A DNA stretch of 64,000 nucleotides from assembly GCA_040357565.1 (NCBI GenBank), contig JBDODJ010000033.1; one strand, written 5' to 3'. The notes beneath the pieces were generated by a model. That model had not been told where the DNA came from and did no database searches. It was given only the letters and a program-made list of their open reading frames with translations. Below are positions 42,272 to 54,946 of the stretch, piece by piece. This DNA comes from Cercozoa sp. M6MM (Eukaryota; Protista; Endomyxa: Ascetosporea). Position 1 is the stretch's first letter, and every line of letters starts with the position of its first letter. The position numbers and the translations under genes are program-made.

Positions 42272-42607
42272 CCTGATCTGTGCCAAAAGCCAAGCGAAAT
42301 CACAGGAAGCAGCTTTTATCAAGTATCGAATTCGCATGGCTTTTGGTTTGTTTTCGCAGTGATGCATTTTTGCGTTTTCTACTTGTCGCACCACCTGTAT
42401 GGTCAGCCCACACTCTCGCTCACCCACGTGTGTGCATCGGGGAGCGCGTTTTTAGCGAGCGGATCGAATCGTTTTTTTTTGTCGGGTGGTTGCGATTTTT
42501 TGCTTATGTCTTACATTTGTGTTGTTGATTCGCAGCGAGTGCAATTGTACCAACAGTGTCATTGATATCTAACAAGCTTCTTTTCGATTTATAACAACTC
42601 TCCGACG

Positions 42608-43641
42608 ATGGTCGCACGTGTTTTGGATGGTCGTGCGTTGGCATCAACGCTTCTGGTATGGGCATTTTTACTTTTGGCTTGCAGCTGTGCCGAAGATTTG
42701 AGTTTGACTATAGTCGACGCTCAAACCAAAAGTGAGCTCGTTTGCGCAGCAGTTCGCACGACAGCCCACTCTGTCTGTAAGTCCGGCACTTTTTCATATC
42801 TCGGTCGTGCGCATGGTGTTTCTGTAGGTAATACTGGTGGGCGACGACGCTGCCAGTGCGCGCTACGTGATGCGAAAGGAAGAGGTGCGTTTTATTCTAC
42901 ATGTCTGTGTCTATCGTATCTACCTAACAACCTACTGTTGGCAGGCTGCAGAGTCACTAGGTGTCCGTTCTCGTGTCGTTCGTTTGCATGCCTCTGCCAC
43001 GCAGGTATCACCATGCTTGTCGGTTGGTTTCTGTGCTTTTTTAAGAGTCATTTATATGCAGGAGGAGATCCTATCGGCCATCCACAACGAGAACGAAAAC
43101 AGGGAGGTGGACGCGCTGCTGGTGCAGTGCCCGCTACCTGCGCACGTCGACACGCGCAAGGTCGTGCAGGCGATCGACCCGGAGAAGGATGTGGACGGTT
43201 TCCATCCTTCCAATTTGGGCAAGCTGGCCACACTGCCGCCTGCTACATTCGATAACACGTACGGCATTTGCCTCTTTTGGCTGTTGTTGCAACCTCTGAC
43301 ATGTGTGATGTTTGATGTCTGCAGAGTGGACTTTGTGCACGCGCTGCACCAAACGGCGCAATTACCTTGCGCCGCGCAAGCCGTTTTTCGCATGCTGGTA
43401 CGTTTGACCTTGTTCTACTGATGATGATTTAACTCGGATGTTGGGCTGTACAGGTTGAGGCAGGCCACAAAGACTTGCGCGGCAAGAACGTTGTCGTGCT
43501 CGGCCGCAGTTTTCTTGTTGGAAGTACCGTTGGATCCTTCGCTGCTGTTACTGCTGTGTGTCTGTGTCTGTGTCTGTGTCTGTGTCTGTGTCTGTGTCTG
43601 TGTCTGTGTCTTTGTCTGTGTCTGTGTCTGTGTCTGTGTCT

Positions 43642-43714
<73 letters not shown>

Positions 43715-44404
43715 GAGACTAAAACTTGAACGACAGTGCCGGTGATGATGCTGCTGCTGCGTGCGGGTGCCAGTGTGACCAACCTCTCGCGCTTTGACGA
43801 CATCGAGGTCGCCATACCTACGCTGCTGTGTTTTATCGTACTTTTCTGTACCTTTCTTGATGTGAGCAGACCCAGAAACAAGCAGTTCAAAAGGCGGAAA
43901 TAGTGGTACTGAAGTCATCTGCTGCTACAGTGTTTGTATTATCCATGTCGTGCCCATAGATTTGCGCCATCGGCAAGGCCTGTCACATCGGCGCCGATTG
44001 GATAGATCCCGCCAAGCAATGTACGATCATCGATGTCGGCACCAACGTACTTAAGCCTTTGCTGGTCCATTTATCTGTTTTGTTCATACTCATATGTATT
44101 TGAGAAGGTTAGTGACGAAAGAGACGCCGATGGGCGTCGAGTTCTCGTGGGTGACGTCAACCCTGAAGGTACCTTTCTCACCCCCCCCTCGTAGAATAAA
44201 TATAGGTGCTAATGTACTTAGCCGCGAATAATGCGGCTGCAATGACGCCTGTGCCCGGTGGTGTCGGTCCCTTGACTGGTATGTCATTTATTCTTTTGAT
44301 CGACTGTTGTTCTTTATGTTCCTACATGCGCAGTCGCGTGCCTGTTGCGAAATTGCATTCATATCGCGTGTCATCGCGAGAATGCTTCCTTTCAGGCACT
44401 TTGA
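42608..44404 (+). CDS. folD: Bifunctional methylene-THF dehydrogenase/cyclohydrolase (FolD), multi-exon
   Basis: VLDGRALA, VGDDAASARYVMRK, LVQCPLPAH, IDPEKDVDGFHP, GKNVVVLGRSFLVG, IIDVGTN, LVGDV, TPVPGGVGPLT. Confidence 0.95.
43555..43712. repeat. Compound (TGTGTC)n/(TG)n microsatellite in a FolD intron
   Basis: Direct observation. Confidence 0.95.
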
Positions 44405-44616
44405 CGTTTGTGATTGAAGGTAGTCATGTGCAGTTATTTTCCTGGGCCGGCTAGCCCTAGTCACAAGCATCCGTCATGACCCCAGCCAAGTCGAGCGACC
44501 GCATCCAGTCTCCGCCTTCGCTTCGCTTACTGACTACGTTAGATTGACCAACGTAGTGGACGGGTACAAGTCTGATAGTACTGTATAAGCTAACCGTCCC
44601 GAGCTCGGCCGGCGGG

Positions 44617-45708
44617 TTACAAAAAGGCGAAGACGGCGGAGACGTTGTCGGCCGTGCCGAGTTGCAGTGCTGCCGACACTAGGGAGCGGCAGATTTGCTT
44701 GCCCGAACTACAGCAGCACGTCGGGATAGATAGATACTACATGCGTTGCGTGTAGAGTGCAGAGGGTGGGTGAGCACCTGTGCTGTGCTATACAGAGACG
44801 ACACGTCGCAGAGGCGCGCACGTTGCTCATGACGTCCCAGAGACCGTCGCACGCCACCAGGACACCTAACGGTAGTCCAGTAATAGTACAGAAATACGAA
44901 TGGGAGCGAGGGCAAGAGTGGTACCAATGTCCTCGTCAGGGTCGACATCGTGCACCTCGATCTCGGGATCGGCCGGGATCAACTCGCCAAAGTCGTGGTC
45001 GCCTTTGTAAGTGCAGGTGTATGCGTTGACAGTGTGTATCACCCAGTGTCAGTGAAAAGAAACGCAAAATGTACCGATGGCACGCGAGACAGCGAGCACG
45101 CCGTTTACCCTGCCATCCATTACAGTGCCTGCCAAATGGTGTCCATATGCACGAGTACACAGAGACAGAAAGATCTGGCAGAAGAGCTGGGCACCGTTGA
45201 GACTGCGTATCCGATTTCGTTCGTCTGGTCGCGTGGGTTTATGGTCACGGGACAGCGCGATCGGCGCCTCGTTCTTGCGAATCAGAATGGCGCGACAGTC
45301 GCCCGCATTGGCCTGTAAAAAACCGCGCTGAACTCGCCTGGACAGGGAGAGGAGACAGCCCTAAACGTACAACCCAGAGTCGCCTCAGAGTGTGGTTCAT
45401 AAGGGCGAAGCATGCCTGCACAAGAGGGCATACACCGACATGGTATATACGAGGACACTCAGCGCACCGTTGCTCCGGCTTGTGAGTGTGGAAACTGGCG
45501 TCGGAACTCGCTGTCTACCGTAACGAACGCCTGCGACACCGAACACATCTGATAACAAGGCAAAAGGTGCGCCCAGTGCAAATAAAAAGAGTACCCAGTG
45601 CAGTGCCTCGGCAGGTTCTACATATGCCGTCAACTGTTGACGCAGCAACTCGGGCATCCGCCGTTTGATGAACTACAGGGACAGCAAGGTCAGGGACAAG
45701 AGTCGGCG

Positions 45709-45761
<53 letters not shown>

Positions 45762-47500
45762 AATACCTTGGCAGCCTCGTTGCCGCAGTGTCCGTCGGCG
45801 ACACCAACAAGCGACCAGGCACCGGCGTGGACGCTGCGTTGAGGTGCGCCGGAAGTGTCGTCGCTGGCACTGTCGTTGTTGTTGTTGTTGTTGTTGTTGT
45901 CTCCTAAGTGTGTGTCAGTGGCACCGCCACTGCGTCGTTCATGCTCGCTGCCGTCGCTGTGCTTGTCGGTGTCGTTGTTACAATTCGGGCTGCACGCTTC
46001 TAAGTCGGTCTGACACCACATGCGCACACATAGCAACTGCAGAGACAAGGTTCAAGATACGACAGGTACAATGAAGGGTGACAGAGGCGTGCCAGCGTCG
46101 TCGCTAGTGTCTGACATCTGCTTGCTTACTGCACACAAGACGAACACGGGTGATCTGGGTTCAACTGGGGGTGCAGAGTAAGAGAGGGTACAAACTGGAG
46201 CATGGTTGACACTGTTAGTGTCTTCCGGTTCCGGCGATTCAAGTGGGTTCTATTTCGACACAACCCATACGTTAAAAACAGGCACGGTGCAACAGAGGGG
46301 GAGGAATGGCGGTACATACCACGTAGGGTGGCACCCAGAGCGACAGGTAACGATGACACACGACGACCTCATCCTCCATGTAGGGCCGCTGGCCTTGCTC
46401 CTTGTGGAAACCGCCACGTCGTACTCGTGCCTGACTCAGGTGCAGGAGCCAGGTGGTGTAGGTGCCTCGTGTTGGTGCCAGCACCCTACGGCATGTCCAG
46501 GTGCAACTCCGACAGAAAGGCAGGTAGAGCAGCACAAGAAGTCACCAGACTCGCGACGCGGTTTCCAAAAAGAGCAGACCGACGTCGCTCTGCGCAGGCC
46601 CAGCACAGGAAGCTCGACAGACACAGCACGGAGGGGGGGAAAGCTCGGGTACGCCATCGGGAGGAACGACATGCGGCAGCGCCGGGTGCGAACACTCGCG
46701 AATGCGCCGAACGTCGCATACGTCAATGTGCCCGATCACTTTGGGCTCCAGCTAGACACAAGTGTGCGTGCGTGGCGTGTGTGTGTGCGTGTGTTGTGTC
46801 ACAGGCACCATATGCGCTTCAGAAATCTGGAAGAAAGTACCTTTGACTTGTAGTAGGCGAGTTGACCGTTGGAGTACAAGCGGAAGAAACGACGCTTCCT
46901 GCAACCATGCAAAACACAAACGTGTGCTCGCGCATAAAAATGCCTGTGCCGATGTTGGAGTACCAACTCTTTCGAATCTTGCCTCGTTTTGTCATCCTGT
47001 ACGAATGCACACACACACACAAATACACAGCTTACGTCGACCACAAAAGGACCGAGGAGAACAGAGCACCAGCCATTGAAGATCTCGGTGACGTCGGCAT
47101 CACTTGACATGTTTGTGGCGCGCGTCTTGCGGCTGCTGCCTATCAGATGCCGCGCAGCTGGTCAACACACGCGTTGTTCTGGGTTCGTAGAAACGTATGG
47201 TGTGGCGTGACTTTGAAACACTCCTGCGGTTGAACACAGTCACAAAACAGCGCCCAACAATCTGGATGCAGAGCGCGACTGGGCCTTGCAGCACCGAGCA
47301 GCAGCACACGAGAACAATACTGGGACAGTGCACTCGTGGTCCCAGTGTGAGCTGTTGCCGGCCTAGTGTCCAGAACGTACTTTCCGTCCAGTGCACTTCT
47401 CACGGTGTGTGACAAGTTCACTTGACGGATTTCAACACCTGGACGAGTATGATGTTAGACGTGCCTCATTGTTGCAAGCAACCACGTACATGCTGCTTGT
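44617..47500 (-). CDS. PH domain + PP2C/PPM protein phosphatase, multi-exon; start uncertain
   Basis: PH-like MTKRGKIRKSW..RRFFRLYSNGQLAYYK; PP2C motifs QGQRPYMED, GVADGHCG, ANAGDCRAIL, LSRDHKP, GRVNGVLAVSRAI, VACDGLWDVMSN, GTADNVS. Confidence 0.88.
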
Positions 47501-47628
47501 TTCATGCATGTTGCCCGCCGACCGATGAATCATCTTTTGCAACGGCATCAACTCGTGATTATTATTTGTCTGTTTCGATCGCCTTTTGTCTGCCGCAGGC
47601 GGCTGTCAACACCTATGCTGTATGCGGC

Positions 47629-48357
47629 AGTCAGTGGAAAACCTTTATGAGACCGACGTGCTAAAACACCGTAGGTCGAGTGACGCAGCTCCTGATCGGT
47701 TTTGCAATCAAAGTGGTCCATGCCCCTGCTGATACTGCTGCTTCTATTTCTTGTCGGAGGTACGCTTTATCCTCTTGCCAGTGCTTTAACAACTTAGTTC
47801 TGCTTTCCCGTAGTGTGCGATTCGTTTGCGATGAGCGACTTTGATACCAGGGTGGGTTTCCCGTCACGTCGGTTGACCCCTGGGAGAAAGATGCTTCATT
47901 GTTGTGGCAGGAGAAAGATGCTGTCGAGAGCGAAATTGCGCAAATTGAGGCACTGCAGGGTATTTTACAACAGCGTTTGCAATCCTTGCATGCGTTCAAC
48001 AAGCCGCGGCACCCTGACCGTCCTGCTGAAGAAGGTGTCGACTTGATTCATTTTGCCTTTGATCCTGCGTATTTTCATTGGTTGGAAGGCAGAGGTGGCC
48101 TACTAAATGTTTGTGGGTTCCTTAGCTCTGTCGCAGGTGCTACGACAGAACAGTGTGCGAACTCGCTTGCTTCCTGTTGAATTCTTCCTCGTATGCGCTC
48201 AACATTTTAAGAGGCGCTATGCAGTACCCGGATTGACCCTGATATTTCTAGTCGGCTCACGCGCTCTATGAAGGCCTCTGTGGACTGTTCGGACGACACC
48301 CAAACGTTGCTGCGCAATACGAGGAGTTTCTACGCCGCCTTAAGAGTTCGAAAGTGA
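47629..48357 (+). CDS. Hypothetical protein
   Basis: Coiled-coil-like exon (KDAVESEIAQIEALQGILQQRL) plus putative GT-AG introns. Confidence 0.3.
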
Positions 48358-49423
48358 AGCTGTATCATTACCTTTCAGGATTAGTGTTTGCTTTATAAAT
48401 GATGCTGCAGAACTGCCACCGAGTACCTTCGAATCGCACGACTTGGAAATAAGAGTGGCGTCATTCGAGAAGGCAGAGTCGCTGTCACCGATGAGGTCCG
48501 TTTTTCCAAGGAACTGATGACAATCTAAGTCATCAGTTTGAATCCTGGGCACAGTACGCGGCACTGACCGTTTTGATAGAGAGGAACAAATTTCCGTACC
48601 AAACTGAGGGTACAAAATATTCAAATTGATACCTGAAGATCTGTCGATGATTGAACTGCGAGTACAGGATCACACTACTGGCTACTCATGTCGGAGCAAC
48701 TGGACCGCGGCACCATCGCGCAACTCCTTGATGCCAAGTTTCCGTCTTGTGACTACGCGTAAGCGCACCTTTTACCGACTATACAGGATGTGGACATATT
48801 GGCGAGGAACACAATTTTAGTGTGCGAATAACAATTGAGTGTATTCGTCCAGTATATAAAATTATATAGTATATATTACTAAATAGTATATATAGCTGAT
48901 ACATGTAAGAAATATGTATATACAGTACCATAAATATACATCGACTGTTCTGTTTTTGTTGCAGCTGGTGGCAGAATTTCTACCCAGACAAGTTGTAAGT
49001 CACATTTTAGCATTCGTTCTGGCGGGCTTTGAAAGCCATTTCCATCTTGGGTGCCTATTCAGCAAACCCGACCCAGACGCAGAATACATAAACTGCGCCT
49101 CGATACCGCAGATACCTCATGCACAAATCCTCGTGGCTAACAGGAAGCACTGCGGGGGGCGTGGAACCTTGGCGGTACTTAGCCTGCGGGTCTGAGCGTG
49201 CTGGAGCATAACACCACCAGTCTAATCTAATTACTTTATGCGTTTCGTTTATAGACAACGCGAGTGGAGCTTCCCCTGCTGTTTGGCGAAATTGTAAAAC
49301 ACTTTCCACTTGGGGGGGGGGCATCCTGGCATTGTTCGTTGGTGCTTAGGTCATGTCGCGCGACTGGCGTACCATCGATGCACCTGTAGTTGCAATCTCG
49401 TCGATGCCCGAAACACTGGAGTG

Positions 49424-49462
<39 letters not shown>

Positions 49463-50143
49463 NNNNNNNNNNNNNNNNNNNNNNNNNNNNNNNNNNNNNN
49501 NNNNNNNNNNNNNNNNNNNNNNNNNNNNNNNNNNNNNNNNNNNNNNNNNNNNNNNNNNNNNNCACACACACACACACACACACACAGACACACACACACA
49601 CACACCGCGTTCTTCGGCATAAAAATGTGGCAGGTACACCAAGACGTTGCTACCGCATATTCCTCCAAAAGCAGAGAAAGAGGAAGCCAAGTCAGGCACT
49701 CCGCCGCATGATGTCAGTTTCTTTGATTTGCACTAGGGGATCATTAATTCAATCCAGACTGGCATTACCCCCTGGGCAACTGAGCAGACACTTTCGTCCG
49801 AAGTAGAGCGGCTCGTCAACGCAAATCATGATAGTTAGTATCCGTCGTTACCGTACAGCAAATGCTCAGTTTCGTTGACTGTCGTTTGCGCTCGTTCCGC
49901 TCGCGTCGCCGTGGGGCCAGTCAGGTCTTGGGAACCCAGGTATTGGATGGGATGAAGCCACTCGCCGCCCGCCGCGGGGCAAACGACATGATGAAAGAAA
50001 TCCGAGATCCGCCAACGTTCGATAATGAATATTATAAAATAATACAAATGCAAGACGTTTTTCGTGGACATGTACGCCCAGTAGCGTAGTTCACGTTAGC
50101 TAGTTTCCCGGCGTTCCGTTTGTTTCATGCGTCGGTTGCACGT

Positions 50144-51670
50144 TTACTCAGTCGTAGTTAGCAACAGAGGACCGTCAGGGGTCGCAAGCACCTGTGACGC
50201 AACACAATTCAGCAGATTGTAGTACTTATGGTGTGTCTATATACCATTTCTTCGTGCTGCGCCGACCAGGAGCCATCCTTCGAGATAGCTGCCCAGCCAT
50301 CGGGCCAGGTGTCATACTGAGGGTAGCCTGCGCAAGGTACTGACATGCAAACAGACTGAGTACTCATAATTTCAATGTACCCTCAAGGACAACCGGCTCA
50401 ATGGTGAAACACATGAATGGGAAGATCTTAAAGTGCGTCCAGGAATCGTCTGTTTAATCAAGGTTTGGTCACCAAAGCACAAACAAACCAGAGGCCGCAA
50501 AACAAAAATGAACAAGTACCCTGCCCTTCAAGGCCGCGCAGCGAGTGGTTCACAAACGGCATGCTGTGGAAGGCAGCGCCGACACCATGTCCACAAAAGG
50601 CACTGTCGACACTGTAGCCTACGCACACCACACGGATTACGAGACTTTAACTACGACATCGCAGGCACAGAAACACACGTACCATGCTCTTCGCAAAAGG
50701 GTTCGATGGCACGGGCAATGTCGCCCAGCGGTTGTCCCACCTGCGCCTGGTCGAAACCACGTCGCACCGCCTCTACCCCCAACAGAGAGGTCAGTGATGA
50801 CAGAGGTAACACACGAATCATAAAAGGTACCCTTGGTGACGCGGATGAGTTTGAGCGCATCCTCGTCGACATTGCCGACTGGCACCGTCGTGCAGCAGTC
50901 GCCTGAAAAGGACGGGTGCAACAATGACGTACATGCAAAGCAGACAGAATGCGCGGAGGGTACCGTAGAAACCGTCGATCAGCATGGAGACGTCCAGTGT
51001 GACAATGTCACCGTCGCGCAGCTCGCGCGTGTCCGGAATACCGTGAAGCATCATCTCGTTGAGGCCTGGACAGTAAGCGATATGCCACAGGTTGGTAGCA
51101 CACTCCGCATTTGTGAAAGTACCAACGCCAACCGTTTTGGGAAAGCCGTGGAAATTGCACGGAGCAGGGCACGCGCCATGTCGCACAATGTACTCATGCA
51201 CTTTGCGGTCAATGTCTTCAAGCGACACGCCCGGCTTGGCCAACGAGCCTGCGTACTCGCGCGTCTCTGCTGCAAACTTGCCGGCAACGCGAACACCTTT
51301 GATGTACCGCTTGAGCGACTCCTCGTTCTTAAAGTGATCGTTCAGGATACTGAAAGGCTGCATGCTGCCCTGGCCTATACGGACACAAGACAAATCTACT
51401 GAAGTAGATTGCGGTCGAGTGGCCGATACCCGACACAAACCAAGGCGTCTTTGGCACTTCGTCTGGTACGTTAAAGCCGCGCGAGGTTACGATGCCGTCT
51501 TCACGGCGCAGCGGTGGTGGTCGACCTGAACACAGCGTGCTGGTTTGAAACAACCGCAATACAAGAAGACGGAAACACAAGGCACCAAGAAGCTTGTGTC
51601 GCGCGGCGACTTGCGCACGCCGCTCAACCAGCGTCGCAGCGGCTCGCACTGCATCGTGGCGCCCACTCAT
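50144..51670 (-). CDS. METAP1D: Methionine aminopeptidase type 1 (probably organellar MetAP1D-like), multi-exon
   Basis: FHGFPKTV|CPGLNEMMLHGIPDTRELRDGDIVTLDVS..GFY|GDCCTT, FCGHGVG, FTIEP, WPDGW..SKDGSWSAQHEE; no N-terminal zinc finger. Confidence 0.9.
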
Positions 51671-51836
51671 CTCACTAAAATTGTAGTAGCACCGGTGCTC
51701 GCACAGTATTGCGCGTCGGTGATCTACTCTGATCACTTTTCGGTTTTTGGGATTGCCGTTTGGTGGGTACTTGTCGGTTCCACAAGCGGTATGACTCAAC
51801 TACTAGCACTTGAACAATGTAACAATGTGAGATAAA

Positions 51837-52616
51837 TTAGTAGTCGTCGTCACTGTCGTCATCATCGCTGTCGGAAGCAGCGACGACGTTCTGCGCAGCC
51901 GCATTGGCGAACGCCTGCTTAACCTCATCGTTGCGAGCGACGAGCAGTGCCGTGTTGTGCTCCTTGTTCGGCATGGTGCTGTTGGCGCCGGCTGCCAGCA
52001 GCGCCGCCACGCTGCAAGCACAAGGGATACATGATTAATCGACATATCTCTAAAAGGCAAGGTACGCATCGGGATGACCGCGCCACGAGGCTACGTGCAG
52101 AGGCGTATCGTAGATGTCGTTGTACACGTCAAGCTGGGCGCCATACTGCACCAGCAGATTGATCACATCGACATGACCACCGGCAGCAGCACGGTGGATC
52201 GGCAAGTCGCCCCTGCACCCAGAGTAGATTTTTCAATGGTGGTAACAGGTAAGCAGCAAAGCTACAGATCGCCTTGAACGTTGACCAAGTGAGCAGCCCT
52301 CTGGAGAACCTTGGTGACTCCGTCGTAGTTTCCGACCTCGCAGAAAGCAAGAAGTCGCTACAGCACAAGGTACCTATGTTCACAGAAACAAGCCCCATTG
52401 AGTTAAAGAAAAAACACCTGCATATCAGTAGGTTGCGAAGCGCTGGCTTGCACCGTCTGTAAACAGCAAAAAAGTGCAAGCCAAACTATAGATGACAAAG
52501 AGATCAGCTACTTCTCGGCCGGCCCAGTCATTACTGCTCTGAAACAACAAACAAAGATTATGAATCGCCAACGAACCGACAAGCACTGCAGTCACAGGTA
52601 CCTCAAATGACGCCAT
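51837..52616 (-). CDS. Ankyrin-repeat protein
   Basis: GDLPIHRAAAGGHVDVINLLVQYGAQLDVYNDIYDTPLHVASWRGH..VAALLAAGAN..NTALLVA. Confidence 0.85.
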
Positions 52617-52895
52617 CTGCTCTCACAATACTATAGCACACGTATTGCACGGAGAGATGCACTTGTTTGCTCGGGTTGGGCTTTGGGCACGTGTCGTCTC
52701 AACTTCCTTGCATTCCGATTTTGGTCAATCGATCAACTGGACGTAGCCCGTCGTTCGTAAACAGTAAAATAGTAGCGTGCTACTGCTTTACGTGAGAGCT
52801 AGTAACTGTATATCGTTCAGTTAACCCTTAATGCAACATCAAACACTGCGACCCCGGGTCTCGAGGACATCGCGTGTACTACTAGGACCGTCGTG

Positions 52896-53763
52896 TCACC
52901 GCGCGTACTTCAGTAGGTACTTGACGGCTTTATCAATGTTGGTTCCATTCTTGGCCGACAGAGGGACCACCATCCACGCGTTTTCGCTGATGTAGTCGAG
53001 GTTCAGTGCACGGATGAGCTCGTCCTCAGGAACACACGTCGGTAGGTCAATCTCTGGGCGCAATGTGTATTTGTAACAGTCACAAAGCAGCAATTTTATG
53101 AACAATGGTACTGTTCGCAAGCACGAGCAATGGCATTCCAGCCAGTTCTCTGTCATCAAGAAGCTTGTGCAACTCGTGTCTGCAGATATATGAAGTGTGC
53201 GAGACAGCCGTTGCAAGTGAGTTGATACCTCGCATCGTCTAATCTTTCGACATCAGCAGCGTCGACCAGGAAAATGATGACATCACAGCCTCTAGTGTAT
53301 CTGGGCCATTCCGACCTGTACTGGCGCTGACCACCAATGTCCCACACTTTGAACTGCACGCCTTCTTTCTGCACCCAAACTGATGGTCAAAGGAGCACGC
53401 AGTTACAAAGTGCGCGCGTGTACCTTCATGATCCGGACGTTTAATCCAACTGTTGGCGGCTCTTCTATGTCGTTAGGACCAAACGCCATCTGGTTACAGA
53501 ACGTAGACTTGCCAGCTGTCAACATGCACAGTAAGTACAGGAACAAAAAAACAACTTATGTCTGTGGATTGTACCGTTCTCCAGACCAACGAGACAGACT
53601 TCGATGTGTTTTTCGAAAAACAGCGACATCAACTGCAAAACACAAAGGCATCAAGCATAAGATAGTCTTTCAAGGCTACGCGGTTCCCTGCTAAAGTTCT
53701 ACGACCGGCAGAAGAATAATACTACTCGTATAAAATACACACCTTACTAATCAGGCCGCCCAT
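52896..53763 (-). CDS. ARF-family small GTPase, Arl8-related (Arl18-like), with N-myristoylation-type MG start
   Basis: MGGLISK|LMSLFFEKHIEVCLVGLEN|AGKST..PTVG..WDIGGQRQYRSEWPRY..LLVLANK|IDL..SAK. Confidence 0.9.
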
Positions 53764-54097
53764 GGCTCCTATGCGCAAATATACAGGCTGCGCACACACA
53801 AGTGCACCTTTGCAGATCACAACTACAGCAGTTTCAGAAAAATGAATTGAGCATCGCAGTTGGTTGATCGTTGTTGAACAGCCAAAATCAAGAAAACCGG
53901 TGGCGAAAAATCGACTATTTTCGGGGCTAAATGCGCATTGTCATGCAACTATTGTATTTTAATTGTATTTAAGGGCGGCAGACTGGTACTTCTTTTCCTG
54001 AAATACATGTACTGACCTTATATTCTGCTCAACTTCCAAAGATGTACCAGTCTGCCTATTCTTAGACCCCGCTAAAGCCATCACGTTATATCCAAAG

Positions 54098-54913
54098 ATG
54101 GCCTCGCGTGTTGTGCGCGCCGCCCAGCGTGCGCTGTTCTCGATGACGCCTGCAGTGCAGCGCCAGGCTGTGCTGCGGGTGCCTCGTGTGGCGCTCAACT
54201 CGCGTTTTGCCTCCATCGGTGCGTCTGACGCCATCTCTGCTGATTGGGAGGCCCGTCTTGCTCGCCCCGCCAAGGTTAATTTCCATATTTGTGCCTCGCC
54301 CCGATGCGTGCTCAAGTTTTGTTGTTTGTTGGCAGGATGCGCTCAACGTTGACACGGCCGGTATCAAGTCGCGCACCATCATCAACAAGCACAAGATGCA
54401 GGCACTCGTGCGCTGGTTGAGCAACAAGGTGCGTCGCGTTATTTATATATATATATATATATATGTATATACACATCTATGTGTTGTGTGTATGTGTATG
54501 TGTATGTGTGTGTATGTGTATGTGTGTGTGTGTGTGTGTATGTGTGTGTGCCGCGGTTTGGTGCAGGTCTCAGTGGCGCAGCAGCACGGTCTCCTTCCGG
54601 TGGGCCAGGCGCCTTCAATTGCCGTTCATGTCAACGATGACATCACGGCCGATGACGTGAGCTTTGCGCTCTCCAAGCTGCCATACGATTACGAGGTGAG
54701 GAAATCCATCCTTCTCCTGCAGAGCTGTCATGCTTGCTTATTTGGCTTGAACAGGTCCTTGTGGGTGACGAAGAGGTCGCTTCGGCAAAGACGGACATCT
54801 GCGTCAACTTTGACACGCCGGCTTTTGACGAAATTACCGCCAATGAGGTTATGGCCAAGCGTGCTGACCAAATCGGCAGCGAAGAGCACAAGGTGCACAC
54901 GCTCTGAATAAAA

Positions 54914-54946
<33 letters not shown>

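Noticed and set aside
48400-50100. Further gene(s) in this interval
   Set aside because: Could not build a consistent spliced model on either strand; the interval includes an N-gap
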